Source: Azolla caroliniana (lineage: Eukaryota; Plantae; Polypodiophyta). From it: DNA of 64,000 nucleotides. Made by a program: the position numbers and the translations under genes. Each line of letters opens with the position of its first letter. Position 1 is the stretch's first letter. The notes below the pieces were generated by a model. The model was not told where the DNA came from, did no database searches, and saw only the letters and a list, made by a program, of their open reading frames with translations. The stretch lies in the NCBI GenBank assembly GCA_043228905.1, contig JBHGNT010000010.1, positions 15,934,001 to 15,998,000 of the forward strand, written 5' to 3'. Shown here one piece after another: positions 34,788 to 48,200 of this stretch.

Positions 34788-37700
34788 ACGTTCTACCACA
34801 TCGGGATCCCGCATTACGCCCACGTCACGGAGCCGCTCTATGGATTGCTGAAGAAAGGGCGTAAATTCGAGTGGAGACAGGAGGATACGGAGTCGGTCCG
34901 GAAAATGAAAGAAGCACTTGCTGCGGCGCCAACACTCCGGAAAGCGGTCTACGGTAAAGACATTCTGATTTACGTAACCGTAGACACGAGTTCGACCGGA
35001 ATCGGGTGGGTGATCAACCAAGAGGATGAGAATGGCACGAGGTTCCCCATCCGGTTTGGCGCGAAAGTCCTCAGTGAACGACAACGAGGGTACACCCAGG
35101 TGAAACGCGAACTCTGGGGTATTGTTTCGGCGGTCAAGGCCGACAAAGACTACCTGATCGGGACGGAGGTGATAATTGAGACGGATTGCCTGCCGATTCT
35201 CGGTATGGTTTCCGGATGCGTGACGCCAGACCTAACAATGCTCAGGTGGATAGTGTACATCAAGTCCCTGAATCCGGAAATACGACACATTTCCGGAAAA
35301 GACAACACCATGTCCGACATGCTTTCGAGGGCGAGATTCGATGATGAGGACGACATGGTTTCGGAGGACGAAGAAGTCGGCGTGGACTTCTTCGAGACGG
35401 CTTACGTAACAACAAGGAAGGGGAGCACTCCCGCGCTTAACGAGTTCGACGAGAGCAAGTACGATGGGGAGTGCCTCCAGATCGGCGGGTTCCTGAAGAC
35501 AATGACACCGGACGTGGCGTGGACGAAGGAAGAGGCCAACCAGATTCGGAAGAAAGCGTACCGATTCTTCCTACGGGACGGGTGCATATGGAAGTACCCG
35601 AAGAAGAGAAATGGCATCCCGCTCCGGGTTGTGGCGAAGAAAGAGGAACATGTGGAACTGTTGAAGGCGTACCACAAGAGTCCTTGGGCCGGACACCGCG
35701 GGACGTGGGTCACATTCGAGAAGCTGAAGGGGAAGTACTGGTGGTCGGGACTATACCGGGACGTGCATCGGTTCGTGACGGCTTGTGAAAGCTGTTAGAT
35801 GCACTCCATAGTCCGACATCAGGACGAGCTCCACCCGACCTACCCTCCGACCATCCACTTCAAGTGGATGGTGGATCTGGTGACGATGCCGATGGGGGTA
35901 GGGCAGATGGGATATCTGGTGTTGGCTCGAGAGGACCTGATGAACCAGGTGGAAGGCCGAGCGTTGCTGAACAAAACGATCGCAGCCATGTGCCAATTTC
36001 TGATCAAAGAAGTGGTATGCCGGTACGGGTGCGTAGGAAAGATCATAGCCGACCGCGGAGAAGTGGACGCACAAGAGGCTGAAGAGTTGTTTGACCGGCT
36101 AGGGGTTAAAATCTCGCTCACCACGACGTACAATCTGGAGGCGAACGGGAAGGTGGAACGCAGACATGGGCTGATCGTCAAAGCGTTAGTGCGGGCATGT
36201 GGAGGCCAAGTCGAAAACTGGTCGCAGCTCTTACCCTATGCGTTGTGGGCCAACCGAACTACGCACAGTTCGGGAATCAGGTTCATGCCGGCGGAGCTGA
36301 TGTACGGGCAGAAGCCGGTCATGCCAATGGAGCGAACGATCTCCTCATGTGCCATGGTGGACTAGAGAGACGAGATGAGCCAGGAGGAGCTATTAGCGGC
36401 ATGGATCCAACAACTCGAGCGAAGACTGGAGCATGTGGAACGAGCCGCGGAAAAGTTGCGGGCCGCGAGGGTAAAGAACAAGGGGCGATTTGACCGGACT
36501 CACCGACTAAGCCTGAAGAAAATCGAGGAAGGTGACTAAGTTCTAGTATATGATAGCAACCTCGACAACCAGCACAAGGTGATGTGGAAGTTCACAAGGA
36601 GGTGGTTCGGGCCGTACGTGGTGACAAGTGCCAACGACAACGAGACCTACCATCTCGCGGAGCTTGATGGGACGAGGACGGCAGTACCGGTGGCCGAGAA
36701 AAGGATCAAAGCGTTCAAAAAGTGGCACGAGGATGAACCGGACCCGGACGACTTGGATAGCGAGGACGACCAGTTCGGAGCGAATGGTGATCCGGAGGAC
36801 AAAGGGTAAGCGCGGGCCGGTCTTCTTCGGCAAGAGTCTATTTTGGCGCATACTAGTGGATGCGCGGTTAGATGGGGGCGGATGTCGTGGAGAAAACCAT
36901 CCCTAGTCGGAATCGGAGAATAATGTGCGTGAACTGGCCCTTACACGCGGACACAAGTTTTGTTGTAATGTACATATTTAGGTACAAGTCGGTTGATGTG
37001 AATATCCTAGGTCGCACAGATTTGATAGGTAGGAAATTGAGGCATATCTCTGACCGAAAGGACTGAGAATAAAGATGATGTAACAAGTTGTAACGGCCTC
37101 CCTCCTTGGGCTATAAAAGAGAGGGAGAGGAATCGTGAAAGGGATCGCTGGGGGTCGAGGACAAAGTGCTGTGGGACTAGGACCGAGCTCTTCCCCTCCG
37201 TCTTTCTCTGTATTTGCTTTGTGCAGGTTTTCGGGAGGCTAACTCTGCTCCGCGGAACGCCCGAGTGCTTCCGGTAGAGTCTCCATCTCGCTCTTCTGTG
37301 TGCGTGTGCGTAGGCGTAGGAGATTTGTCGCTCACCGGCCTACCGGTTGTAACCCCTTTTTCATCAGAATATATATATAGATATACGCATTCATCTCGTT
37401 TCCGTTGTTTCATTCAGTTGCGGTTTCTGTGTACCTCTGTGTGTGTGTGTGGAAGCACGGCCGTTGTCTTTCTTGCTCCTACTTCAGATCGGTTACTCCT
37501 CGGTCCAAGACCCTCGTGGTCCCGCCCCGTTCTATACGCACGCGCGTAACAACGCGACATCGGGAAGCAGCACCAACTTCCATTCCCTAGTGAGCGTAAT
37601 CGTAGTCGAAATCCGTTGGATTTGACCCATTCGGATGTGTGGGAACCGGCACAGAACGTGAGTCTCGGTGGAAGCCGTTACTTTGTAACCTTCATCGATG

Positions 37701-39912
37701 ACTTCACTCGACATACCTGGGCGTGCTTAATCGCGAAAAAGAGCGAAGTCTTCACGTGGTTCCTGAAGGTGAAGAGCCTTGCGAAAAGGGAAACTAGACG
37801 AAAGATCAAGTGCCTACGGTCCGATGGCAGGAAGGAGTACTTCTCCAACCAATTCATGAGTTATCTACAGAAGGAAGGAATTCCACGTGAATTCTCCTGT
37901 AGATATAAGCCGGAGCAGATATAAGCCGGAGCAGAACGACGTAGCCGAGCGGAAGAATCGGACGATCGAAGAAGCAGTCAGGGCAATGCTTGAAGGTAAG
38001 CATATACCAAAGTTTTATTGGGCTGAAGCCATAAGGACGGAGGTTTACTTACAGAATTGGACCTTTGCAAATGGAGGAATGTGGCCACATGAGATGTATT
38101 ACAGCAAAAAGCCGAACTTGGCACACTTGAGGATTTTCGACAGCATTACGTATGTGCATGTGCCAAAGGAGAAACGGAGCAAGATGGATGCCAAAGCCGA
38201 GAAGTATATCTTGGTCGGCTATTCAGATGAACAAAAAGGGTATAAGTACTATAACCCCCGAACGAAGGAAGTTCGCATAAGTTGAGATGTCGTGTTTGAC
38301 GAATCCGCTTCGTGGTACTTGCCTCCACCTCCAATACCTCATGATTCCATTCCGAATTCTGAAGAAGAAGTTAGCGAGGCTGAGGTGCCTCTGCATGATG
38401 AGGATATCAGAGCTCTGAAAGAGAGTCTGATCTCATTTCGGCTAAGTGGGCCGAATGAGGGGTTGAGCCGAGATGGCCAACCAAATGAAGAGTTGGCGAG
38501 TAGTGGAGACTCAACCGTGTTATCCCCACGTAAAGAACCGAGGAGACAGTTTATGCGTAAAGAGAAAGGGAAAAAGAAAATGTCGGAATACGATTTCGGC
38601 AGTGCTGAGTCAGATCGGAGCGAATCTAACTTCGGGCCAATCGAAAAGGAACCTCTACGGAATAGGTCGAAATCGATCGAAAGGGTCATGAAATCGGGTA
38701 ATCACGAATTACGCCGATCTACCCGCCTGAAGAACCCCGTAAAGAGGTACGGGTATAATGAGTACATGGTGCATCATTATGCGTACATGACACGCGTGGC
38801 AGAAGTGCGTGAGCCGGAGAGCTACGTAGATGCGGCGAAAAACGCAAATTGGTGTGCCGCGATGGAGGAAGAGATGCATGCTTTAACAGACAATGAGATG
38901 GGTGTATAAGGTGAAATAAAACACCGAAGTCTCCGTCAACCGATAGAAGGCCCGTTTGGTTGCGAAAGGCTATGCACAGAAGCACAACATAGATTACGAC
39001 GAGACCTTCGGTCTAGTTGCGAAGATGACTACCATGCGAGTTCTGCTAGCCGTAGCAGCCGTGAAGGGATGACATTTACATCAGATGGATATAAAAAATG
39101 TGTTCCTTCAAGGCAATCTTGAGGAACAGGTGTACATGGTATAGCCCCCCGGATTTCTATCCGAACAGAACACCTCAGTAGTCTGTCGATTGAAGAAGGC
39201 GTTATATGACCTTAAGCACACCCCGTGAGCTTGGAATGTAAAGATTACACAATGTTTGCATAGAATGGGGTTTACGACGTCCAAATCAGACTCTTCGTTA
39301 TTAGTTCGGCAAGGTCGACATGGACTGGTTTGTTTTTTACTTTATGTTGATGATTTAGTTATCGCCGGTGCCGACCTGGAAGAAATCCGTTGTGTAAGGT
39401 CTCAGCTTGCAGCATCATTCGAAATGCAGTATCCGATTTAATCGAAATGTTCTATTCGAACATTACGAATCGACTAAGGGCCAAGCGGAGGAAAGGGCGG
39501 CGAAAGAGACGCCAACACTGCGACAACAAGGGAGCTGAGAAGGGCCATATGAGCAGACAAGCCAACCAGAAGGGTCAAAGCGTGCAAAATCGAACGGGAT
39601 GAGGAGCACGAGCGAGGCATGAAGCCAGGAGAGGTCGGAGTGAATATCCGGAAAAAAAAATAGAACCTCAAGTTGAGCTTGAGGGGGAGTGTTGAGAGAA
39701 AAGCTCAACATTGGGTGCGTAAACGAGTACGTAACCCAGTACGTAGATTGGGTACGTAAAACCGTACGCAAAATATGGTCGTGGCGATGTTTAAACCAAG
39801 AGGCTGTTAGAACGTTATTCCTCATAAGGAATAGTTTTGGGAGTTAGTGTAGAAGGCTCATTTATGAGCTGTCAAGTACTGATAGTACTTGTGTCAGGCC
39901 GATAGTCCGGGT

Positions 39913-42900
39913 TGTTGGTTGTGTTACCAATTGTGGGTTCTGATACATGTTGGTCGTGAACAACAAACAACGCAGACAGAAAAATAAAATAGGCGTGGAC
40001 TTAGACAGTGCAAGCTCTAATGGAAAGCTTTATTGCTTCATTCCCTCTCTCTCTCTGTCTAAGATACAATACACAGATGCTTCATCTCTCTGTCACTTCT
40101 CACACTATACAATGTTAGGTATTTGCTTATATACTAAGCCCTAACTTATTGACGAGTTCATACTCTGATGGATACAACTTGGAAGGAGTCGTCCTTTTAT
40201 GCCAACAAACTCCCCGGTAAAAGGGCTACTCTTTCTTGTGTGTACAAGTATTTGGGGTTATCTCCCTTGTAAGCCTAGATTACAAAATTGATCTAAGTTT
40301 ATATGTTACAAGTCAGTCGGCATGAACCCAAGTCGTTTTTGTTCCGATCAGATCTTACCTTTTGCTCCTCGTTCGGCTTTCTTTTGTTCAGTCGCTTGTC
40401 GTAGCCCCATTTTCGTCCGGCAATCGGGGAGTGGTTTCGTCAGGCAATCAGAGATGTTCACCTCTGTGTCGATCTTCCGGACTTCAAGTTTCTTTTCGTT
40501 TACGAGCTCCCGGATGTGATGATACTGCACCTCAATGTGCTTCGTCTTCGCATGATAGACAGGATTGTTGATGAGGTGTATTGCACTCTGTGAGTCGCAA
40601 TAAATGGTCGCGTTGGTCGGTCATTTCGGCTTGCAGTTCCGAAGTCGGTAGTCAGTCGGTGCAACCAGATTGCTTGCCTTCCTGCTTCCGATGTTGCTAT
40701 GTACTCAGCTTCTGTGGTAGACAGAGTCGTGCACTCTTGAAGTTTCGACCTCCATGATATTGCACCCATAGGTGAAGATGTAGCTTGACGTCGATTTCCG
40801 ATTATCTGTATTTCCAACATAGTCGGAATCGGTGTAGCCTTTGACTTCGGCTGAGGTTGTCAGTCCGAAAGTCAGTTGTGCATCCAAGGTTCCTTTCAAA
40901 TACCTAAGGATGTGCTTGACGGCCTCCCAATGCTTCTTTCCTAGGTTTGACATGTACCGGTTGACCACCCTACAACATGGGCTAGGTTGGGTCGGGTTTC
41001 CACCATTGCATACATGATACTTCCTACTGCCGATGCATAGGGTATCTTTCCATTAAGCTCTCTCTCATTGTTCGTCGAAGGAGAGTCTCTGTCCGATAAT
41101 CCAATCGATGTCGGAAGCGGTGTCAGTGCTGGCTTCGCATTCTCCATGTTGAAGCGCTTCAGCACCTTGCAGATGTAATCGGACTGGGAGAGTCAGAGAG
41201 TTTTGGTCATCCGATTTCGCTCTATCCTCATGCCCAGTATGTGTCAGGCTTGTCCGAGTTCCATCATCGCGAACCTTGAGTGAAGGCTCCACTTCAGCTT
41301 ACTGATCTCTGCTTGATTGCTTCCTACAATCCACATGTCATCGACGTATAGGATCAGATAGATCCTTGACTCGTCAGCCAGTTGCCGAACATACATGCAT
41401 GGGTCGGAGTCTGTTCTGTTGTATCCAAGCTGTCGTATGTAGGAGTCAAACTTCTGGTACCACATTCTCGGCGCTTGTTTTAGGCCATATTGACTTTTCT
41501 TTAATCGACATACGAGGTGACTTCCCTCCCCCATCGCCATGAAACTTGCCGGTTGAGACATGTATATGTCTTCTGCCAAATCTCCGTGTATGAATGCCGT
41601 CTTTACATCCATCTGCTCGAGCTTGAGATCTTTTGTTGCCACGACACCTAGTAGGAGTTGGAGGGTGGTCATCTTTGACTACTGGTGAGAATATCTCGTC
41701 GTAGTCGATCCCGTATTCCTGTTTGAATCCTTTCGCGACAAGCCAAGCTTTGTACTTGGGTTTCTCTAACTCGGATACATACTTGTATCGGAAAACCCAT
41801 TTGCAAGGTCGCGGCTTCCTTCCAGCTGGTAGTTCGACCAGCTCCCATGTCTGATTCTGATGAATCAAGTCCATTTCAGATTGCATGGCTTGTAGCCATG
41901 TTTCGGTGTCCGGTGCGGCCATAAATTCTTCCTAGGTGCTTGGTTCGCCTGCATCTGTGTAGTTGACATAGTCGAGGCCCGATTGGTAGAACTCTGTTTG
42001 CCTTCGAGCTCATCCAGATCTCTTGTGTACCGAGATGTTTGGTTCGGATCCTTCGATCAACTCTATTAGTCGATCGGTATTAGTTGAACCATCTGTATCA
42101 TGAGTCTTGTTAGGTGTCCCGCCCCCAGATTGGGATTTCGACGGTGTCTGGTTGTCCTCCCTTGTGGTTGACATCGACTCTTTTCTTACCAGGCCTTTAT
42201 TGATCCTTGTCGATTCGGTTGTGTCTTTGATGACTTTGTCTTTGAGTTCGACGATAGGACTTGTCACCAGGGAAGTTGGCAGCTTGTTGGAATTCAACTG
42301 TTTGTTGCATCACCGATTCGGCCTGGTGGGTGGGTCCTTCTACGACAGTGTTGTCATCTTCGAAGGATACCTTGTTACAAACTATTTTCTGTTGGTTCCA
42401 TTGAGAGAAGATAGAGTCTTCATTGAAGACTACGTCACTGCTCCGGATCAATTTCCGGTACTCAGGGTCCCATAGCCGATAGCCGAAGTCCCCGTTGGTT
42501 CCATAACTAAGAAATATGCACTTTGTTGCATTGGGTGCCAACTTCGTCCTTTTGTCCTTGGGGATGAAGGCGTAGGCTTCGCATCCGAATATACGGAGCC
42601 TATCATAGGTCGGTTTTTTGCCTAACCATAGTCTGTGGCACTCCGAGCATGATTGCTTTTGACGGCACCAGATTTATTAGGTACACTACTGTCTGCAATG
42701 CCTCGGCCAAAATTCCAGCTTCAGTCCGGCTTGCTGGAGCATTGCCGTCACCCTCTCCTGGATCTTCCTGTTGATCCGTTTTGCCGCTCCATTTTGCATG
42801 GGTGTGTAGGGAACGGTCTTTTGGTGTCGGATCCCTTTTCCGAACAGGTACTGTTTGAAGGCTCTAGAGGTGTACTCTCCTCCGTTGTCAAATCGGAGTG

Positions 42901-45147
42901 TCTTCACTTTGTATCCCAACTGGTTCTTACTTTTTATCACTAAACTCTAAACCCCTTGTCTTTGGACTTGATGGAGTATGCAAAAACCTTCCGTGTACAA
43001 TCATCTACTAATGTAATGAAGTATCGAGAGCCTCCTAGTGATCGCTTTGGCATGGGCCCACATATATCTATGTGCACGAGCTCTAGGGGTTGTCGTATCG
43101 TCTTGTAGTGGAGAGAGTGTGGACTTCGGGTCTGTTTCCCATATTGAGAATGCTCGCAGAAGTCCATCTTTGCCTGGAGTTTCGGGATGTAGCCGACCGA
43201 CATCAACCGATCAAGTCCGGCTTGTGACATATGACCTAGTCGACCATGCCATAGGTTTGGGTTGGTCTTTTCGGCTACGTTCACGGCCCCTTCAGGGTTG
43301 ATCACCATCAATGGGTATAGATTATTATACTTGTACCCACTACTGATTTTGAGGTTTCCTTGGTTGATCACCCACGTCAACTCGTGTAGAGTCATTATGT
43401 ACCCGTCTTCAGCTAACATGCCAATGGAGACCAGACTCCTCTTTAGATCAGGCACGTGCCGAACACGGTGCAGGGTTATTGTGTTGCCATTTGGCAATCT
43501 GATGGGAACCTCCCCGGTTCCAGCTATCTTGCAATCCTGCCCACTTCCCAGTCGGACTGTGCCGTTGGCGTCGGCTGAATAGTTCGAGAACCATTCAATG
43601 TTGGGGGTCACATGAAATGTGGCACCAGAGTCTAGTTGCGACAAGTGTGCAACTTGTGCACTGTAGAGGACTTCTCCGATCATTGAATCCTCTAGGGAGA
43701 GGATTTCTCCGGATTGGGTATCAACTACGTTGATAACCATTCAATGTTGGGGGTCACATGAAATGTGGCACCAGAGTCTAGTTGCGACAAGTGTGCAACT
43801 TGTGCACTGTAGAGGACTTCTCCGATCATTGAATCCTCTAGGGAGAGGATTTCTCCGGATTGGGTATCAACTACGTTGATATGGTTGCCGACTGGAGAGT
43901 GGTCCGAGTCGGAACGTCCCCGATTCCGCTCAGATCGCCGACCACTCACTTTTCTCTTTATTGACCAAGAGTCAGAAACATTGTGGCCAGCTTTCCTAAA
44001 GTGTGTGCAGTACTCGCTTGATTGGCCGTTTTCGACTTTGACCGTTGTCGGTCTCCCCTCGTTTTCGATCGGCTGTAGAGTCGATCGGTTCTATCGACTT
44101 GTTCTTTCATTCGACATCTGTAGAGTGATGGGCTTCTGCCGACTCATCGATGGTTAGTCCCATTGATTTTCACCTGATGTCCTTTGTGAGGACTTGGCCG
44201 ATTGTTTCGTCCAAGTTTAGGATCAGTCAGCTATTGGCGTATGTCGTGTAGAATACCTCCCAGCTTGCCGACAAGCTCGATAGGAGGGCAAGGGCTTTCA
44301 ATAATTCTTCGAAGTTGATCCCTTGTGATGAGAGCTCAAACAACACCTGACTGAAGGTGTTGATGTGGGAGGTTGTCGGATCGATTGCTCTCATCTTCAT
44401 GTTGAACAGTTGTTTGATCAGAATCAGTTACGAAGATGAGGACTTCTTTTCATAAACGGCTTGTAGCTTCTCCCATAATGAGAATGTTGTCGTCTCTTTC
44501 ACCGTGCTGAAATAGACATTTTCGGCCAGATGCATTCGGATGGTGGAGCGTGCGATTTTGTCCGTTGATCTCCACTCCTCAACTGTCATTGAAGTAGGTT
44601 TTTCGCTATGCCGAATGACTTAAACTTGTCTTCGAATGATCAGCACATCATGCATCATCTCCTTCCACAAGGCAAAGTTTTTGCAGTCGAATTTTTTGAT
44701 TTCAACTTTTGTTCCGGATGTTGAAGCCATATTCTGTTTGTGAACTTGAGATTTCTGATCTGGTCTTTTCTTTCAGCTTCTTCTGTTGTCTGTTGCCGTC
44801 GAACAACAAGATTCGCTCTGATACCAGTTGTTGGTTGTGTTACCAGTTGTGGGTTGTGTATGCAATTTGCGGAAATGTGTATGGATATGTGTTGGTCGTG
44901 AACAACAAACAACGCAGACAAAAAAATAAAATAGGCGTGAACTTAGACAGTGCAAGCTCTAATGGAAAGCTTTATTGCTTCGGTCTCACTCTCTCTGTCT
45001 GAGATACAATACACAGATGCTTCGTCTCTCTGTCACTCGTCACACTATACAATGTTAGGTATTTGCTTATATACTAAGCCGTAACTTATTGATGAGTTCA
45101 CACTCGGACGGATACAACTTGGAAGGAGTCGGCATTTTATGCCAACA
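39913..45147 (-). mobile_element. Element J: Ty1/Copia (Tnt1/Tork-like), decayed, inserted in the I 3' LTR
   Basis: LTRs 39913-40207 and 44829-45147; PBS TGGTATCAGAGC at 44815-44826; PPT; degenerate TSD CGGGT/AGGGC; [31 protein letters not shown]. Confidence 0.9.
43589..43880. repeat. Exact 146-bp tandem duplication in the J protease region
   Basis: 43589-43734 equals 43735-43880. Confidence 0.9.
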
Positions 45148-45235
45148 AGGGCTTGTGTATAAGATGCTTACTGAGCACAAAATATGTAATACAGAGAACA
45201 TAGAGAATTATTTGGAATATAGTTTTGTGTTTTTG

Positions 45236-48200
45236 TGACAAGAACTACACGCTCCGATGAACAACGCTCGGCCACAACCGAGCTTAGAATCAAACACAGA
45301 AAACGAGGAATAAAAAAAACACAACACAATGGAGAGAAGAGTACACAGGATGTTTACGTGGAAAACCCAAACACGGGAAAAAAACCACGGCAGTCCATTG
45401 ACTGCTAACTATCCCTATGTAACAATATACAAAAGATGAACACAGAGGCAAGGACCTCTTGTTCACTGTCTTCGCCACAGGCGGCGGTTACAACAGAGAT
45501 ACGAACTCTTCGTCTCTTTCTCTCTCTCTCTCTCTCTCTGTACACTGTTGCGCTCTAATCTTGCGCCAACAAGAATGACAACTACAACAACAACTTTATT
45601 CTCAATTTGCCCTAAGTCATATTTATACTAAAATGACTTTTCAGCTATTTACAAATATAGCCCCGATGGACTCTCAGAAACATATTTACGAATATGTCCC
45701 TTCATCCGGTGAGCACTCCTCACTGGGCCTGCATCATCCGGCGTTTCGGGGTACTCCTCATCCGGTTCTCACCGGGTCTTCCGTTGCCGGGTACTCCTCA
45801 TTCGGAGGGACCTGTTTCCTAACAAACTCCCCCTTCACTCTGGCATGGGGTGTCTTACTAGTCCGACCCGCTTCCGACATGCATCCACCTTGTCAGGTGT
45901 CAGTACTTTGATCAGCATATCTGACCCGTTCTCGGCCGTGTGGATCTTCGTCAGCGCAAACTCCTGGTCATCTACTCTTTCCCGGATCCAGTGATACCTA
46001 CGCTGGATATGCTTCGTCCGAGAATGGTAGGCCGCATTCTTAGCAAGGTGGATGGCACTTTGACTGTCGCAATAGAGCTGGTATTCATCTTGCCGGATAC
46101 TGAGCTCTCCGATGAAGTCCTTCATCCATAATATTTACTTGCGGATTCCACAACCGCCATGTACTCCGCCTCTGTGGTTGACAACGCAACCGTCTTCTGC
46201 AGTCTCGACTGCCACGAAACAACTCCCCCTGCATATGTCATTACATACCCGGATGTAGACCGGCTGGTATCCACATCAGCCGACATGTCTGAATCGGTAA
46301 AACCGTCAAGTTGAGGTTTATCGGAGCCGAATCAGAGACACATATTTGAAGTGCCCTTCAAGTACCGAAGTATCCATTTGACCGCGTTCCAGTGCTCCTT
46401 GCCAGGATTGCTCATAAACCGGCTCACCACTCCGACTGCGTATCCTATATCCGGTCGGGTACACACCATTGCGTACATTAAGCTCCCGATGGCAGAGGCA
46501 TATGGAACCTTCATCATATCATCCTTCTCTATTTTCGTCTTCAGGCTTTGCTTACCGGACAATCTACAGTTTGCCAGGAGTGTCGATCCGACTAGTTTCG
46601 CTCCTAACATGTTGAACCGTTGAAGCACCTTTGTCACGTACTTCTCCTATGACAGCCACAATTGCTTCGTTGGCCGGTTCCGGATGATATGCGTCCCCAG
46701 CATCTATCTTGCCGGACCCAAGTCTTTCATTGAGAAGGTCCGGTTGAGAGCCTTCTTCAACATCCGTATTTTGTCTTGGTCCCGTCCGATGATCAACATG
46801 TTGTCCACGTACATAAGGAGTATCAGGAAGTCGCCTCCTTCGAACTTCTTCACAAACACGCAGTGATCGGCCTGCGTCTTGTGGTACCCTTGATCGGTCA
46901 TGAAGGAGTCAAACTTCCGGTACCATTGTCGGGGAGCCTGCTTCAGTCCATACAGGCTCTTCTTCAACCGGGAAACCAGTTGCTTCTTCCCTTTCTCCAT
47001 GAATCCTTCCCTTTCTGCATGTAGATCTCCTCTTCGAGGTCACCGTGAAGGAATGACGTCTTCACGTCTAGCTGCTCTACCTCGAGGTCCATGCTTGTCG
47101 TTATACTCAGCACCGTCCGGATGGAGGTCATCTTTACTACCGGGGCAAATATATCGTCGAAGTCCACGCCCTTCTTCTGGTGGAACCCCTTCACCACGAT
47201 CCTGGCTTTGTATCTCGGGGGGTTGCCGGCATCTCCCGGTTTCAACTTGTACACCCACTTATTTCGAAGTGCCTGCTTTCCTTTCGGCAACTCCACCAAT
47301 TCGTACGTATGGTTCTCATGCAGGGAATCCATCTCATCCTGCATGGCACTTAACCATTTGCGGTTGTGGGTGTCATCCTTCGCTTCTTCGAAGCTTTCTG
47401 GCTCCCCCTCATCGGTTAGTAGCACATGCTCTGCATCCGGAAATCTCCGGGGGGGCCTTCTCTCTCTGAGAGGATATCTCCGTCTCTAGGCTTCGGTAAC
47501 CGGCTCCTCCATTTTCTCTTCATCCGAATCCGATTCGGGGTCTTGGCCGGTTCCGGTTTCAGCTTACTCTACTTCTGCTTCTGCCGGTTCAGTACCCTCA
47601 CCGTAACCGGCTGGTTCCTCGAGTGCTAACCGGTCTCTTGCCGGTTGGGTCTGCTCATCGTTGGGAGTTCATTATCTTCTTCTCCGACTCCCAGTCGGCG
47701 AGCATCTTGTCCTCGCTGAAGATAATATCTCGACTCCGGAATACCTTCTTGTCAACTAGGTCCCACACTCGGTAGCCGAACTCATCGTCGCCGTAATCGA
47801 GGAATATGCATGGCCGGGTCTTTGGATCTAGTTTTCCTCTCCGGTCCTTAGCTACATGTACATACGCAAGACATCTGAATACCTTCAGATGCCGGTAGGA
47901 CACTTCCTTACTTGTCCAGACTCTCTGTGGCGTGTCTCCATCCAAGGGTACTGAGGGTGATCTGTTTATCACATATGTCGCCATCGACAGTGCCTCAGCC
48001 CAAAACTTCTTGGGTAGTTTTGCATGCGCCAGCATACTCCGGACCCTCTCCATTATGGTTCGGTTCATCCTCTCGGCCAGCCCGTTTAGTTCCGGCGTCT
48101 TCGGCATGGTAAATTCGAGCCGGATTCCCTTCGAGCAACAATACTCCTTGAACTGCCCCCGGTATTCACCTCCGTTATCTGCTCGAACCGCCTTCAACTT

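Larger units (their letters stand above)
28978..37559 (+). mobile_element. Element E: full-length decayed non-chromovirus Ty3/Gypsy (related to C); hosts P and G
   Basis: LTRs 28978-29615 and 36883-37559; 4-bp TSD TCGG; tRNA-Trp-type PBS 29620-29637; PPT 36870-36882; gag-PR 29662-32841 and RT-RH-IN 32832-36809 with stops. Confidence 0.92.
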
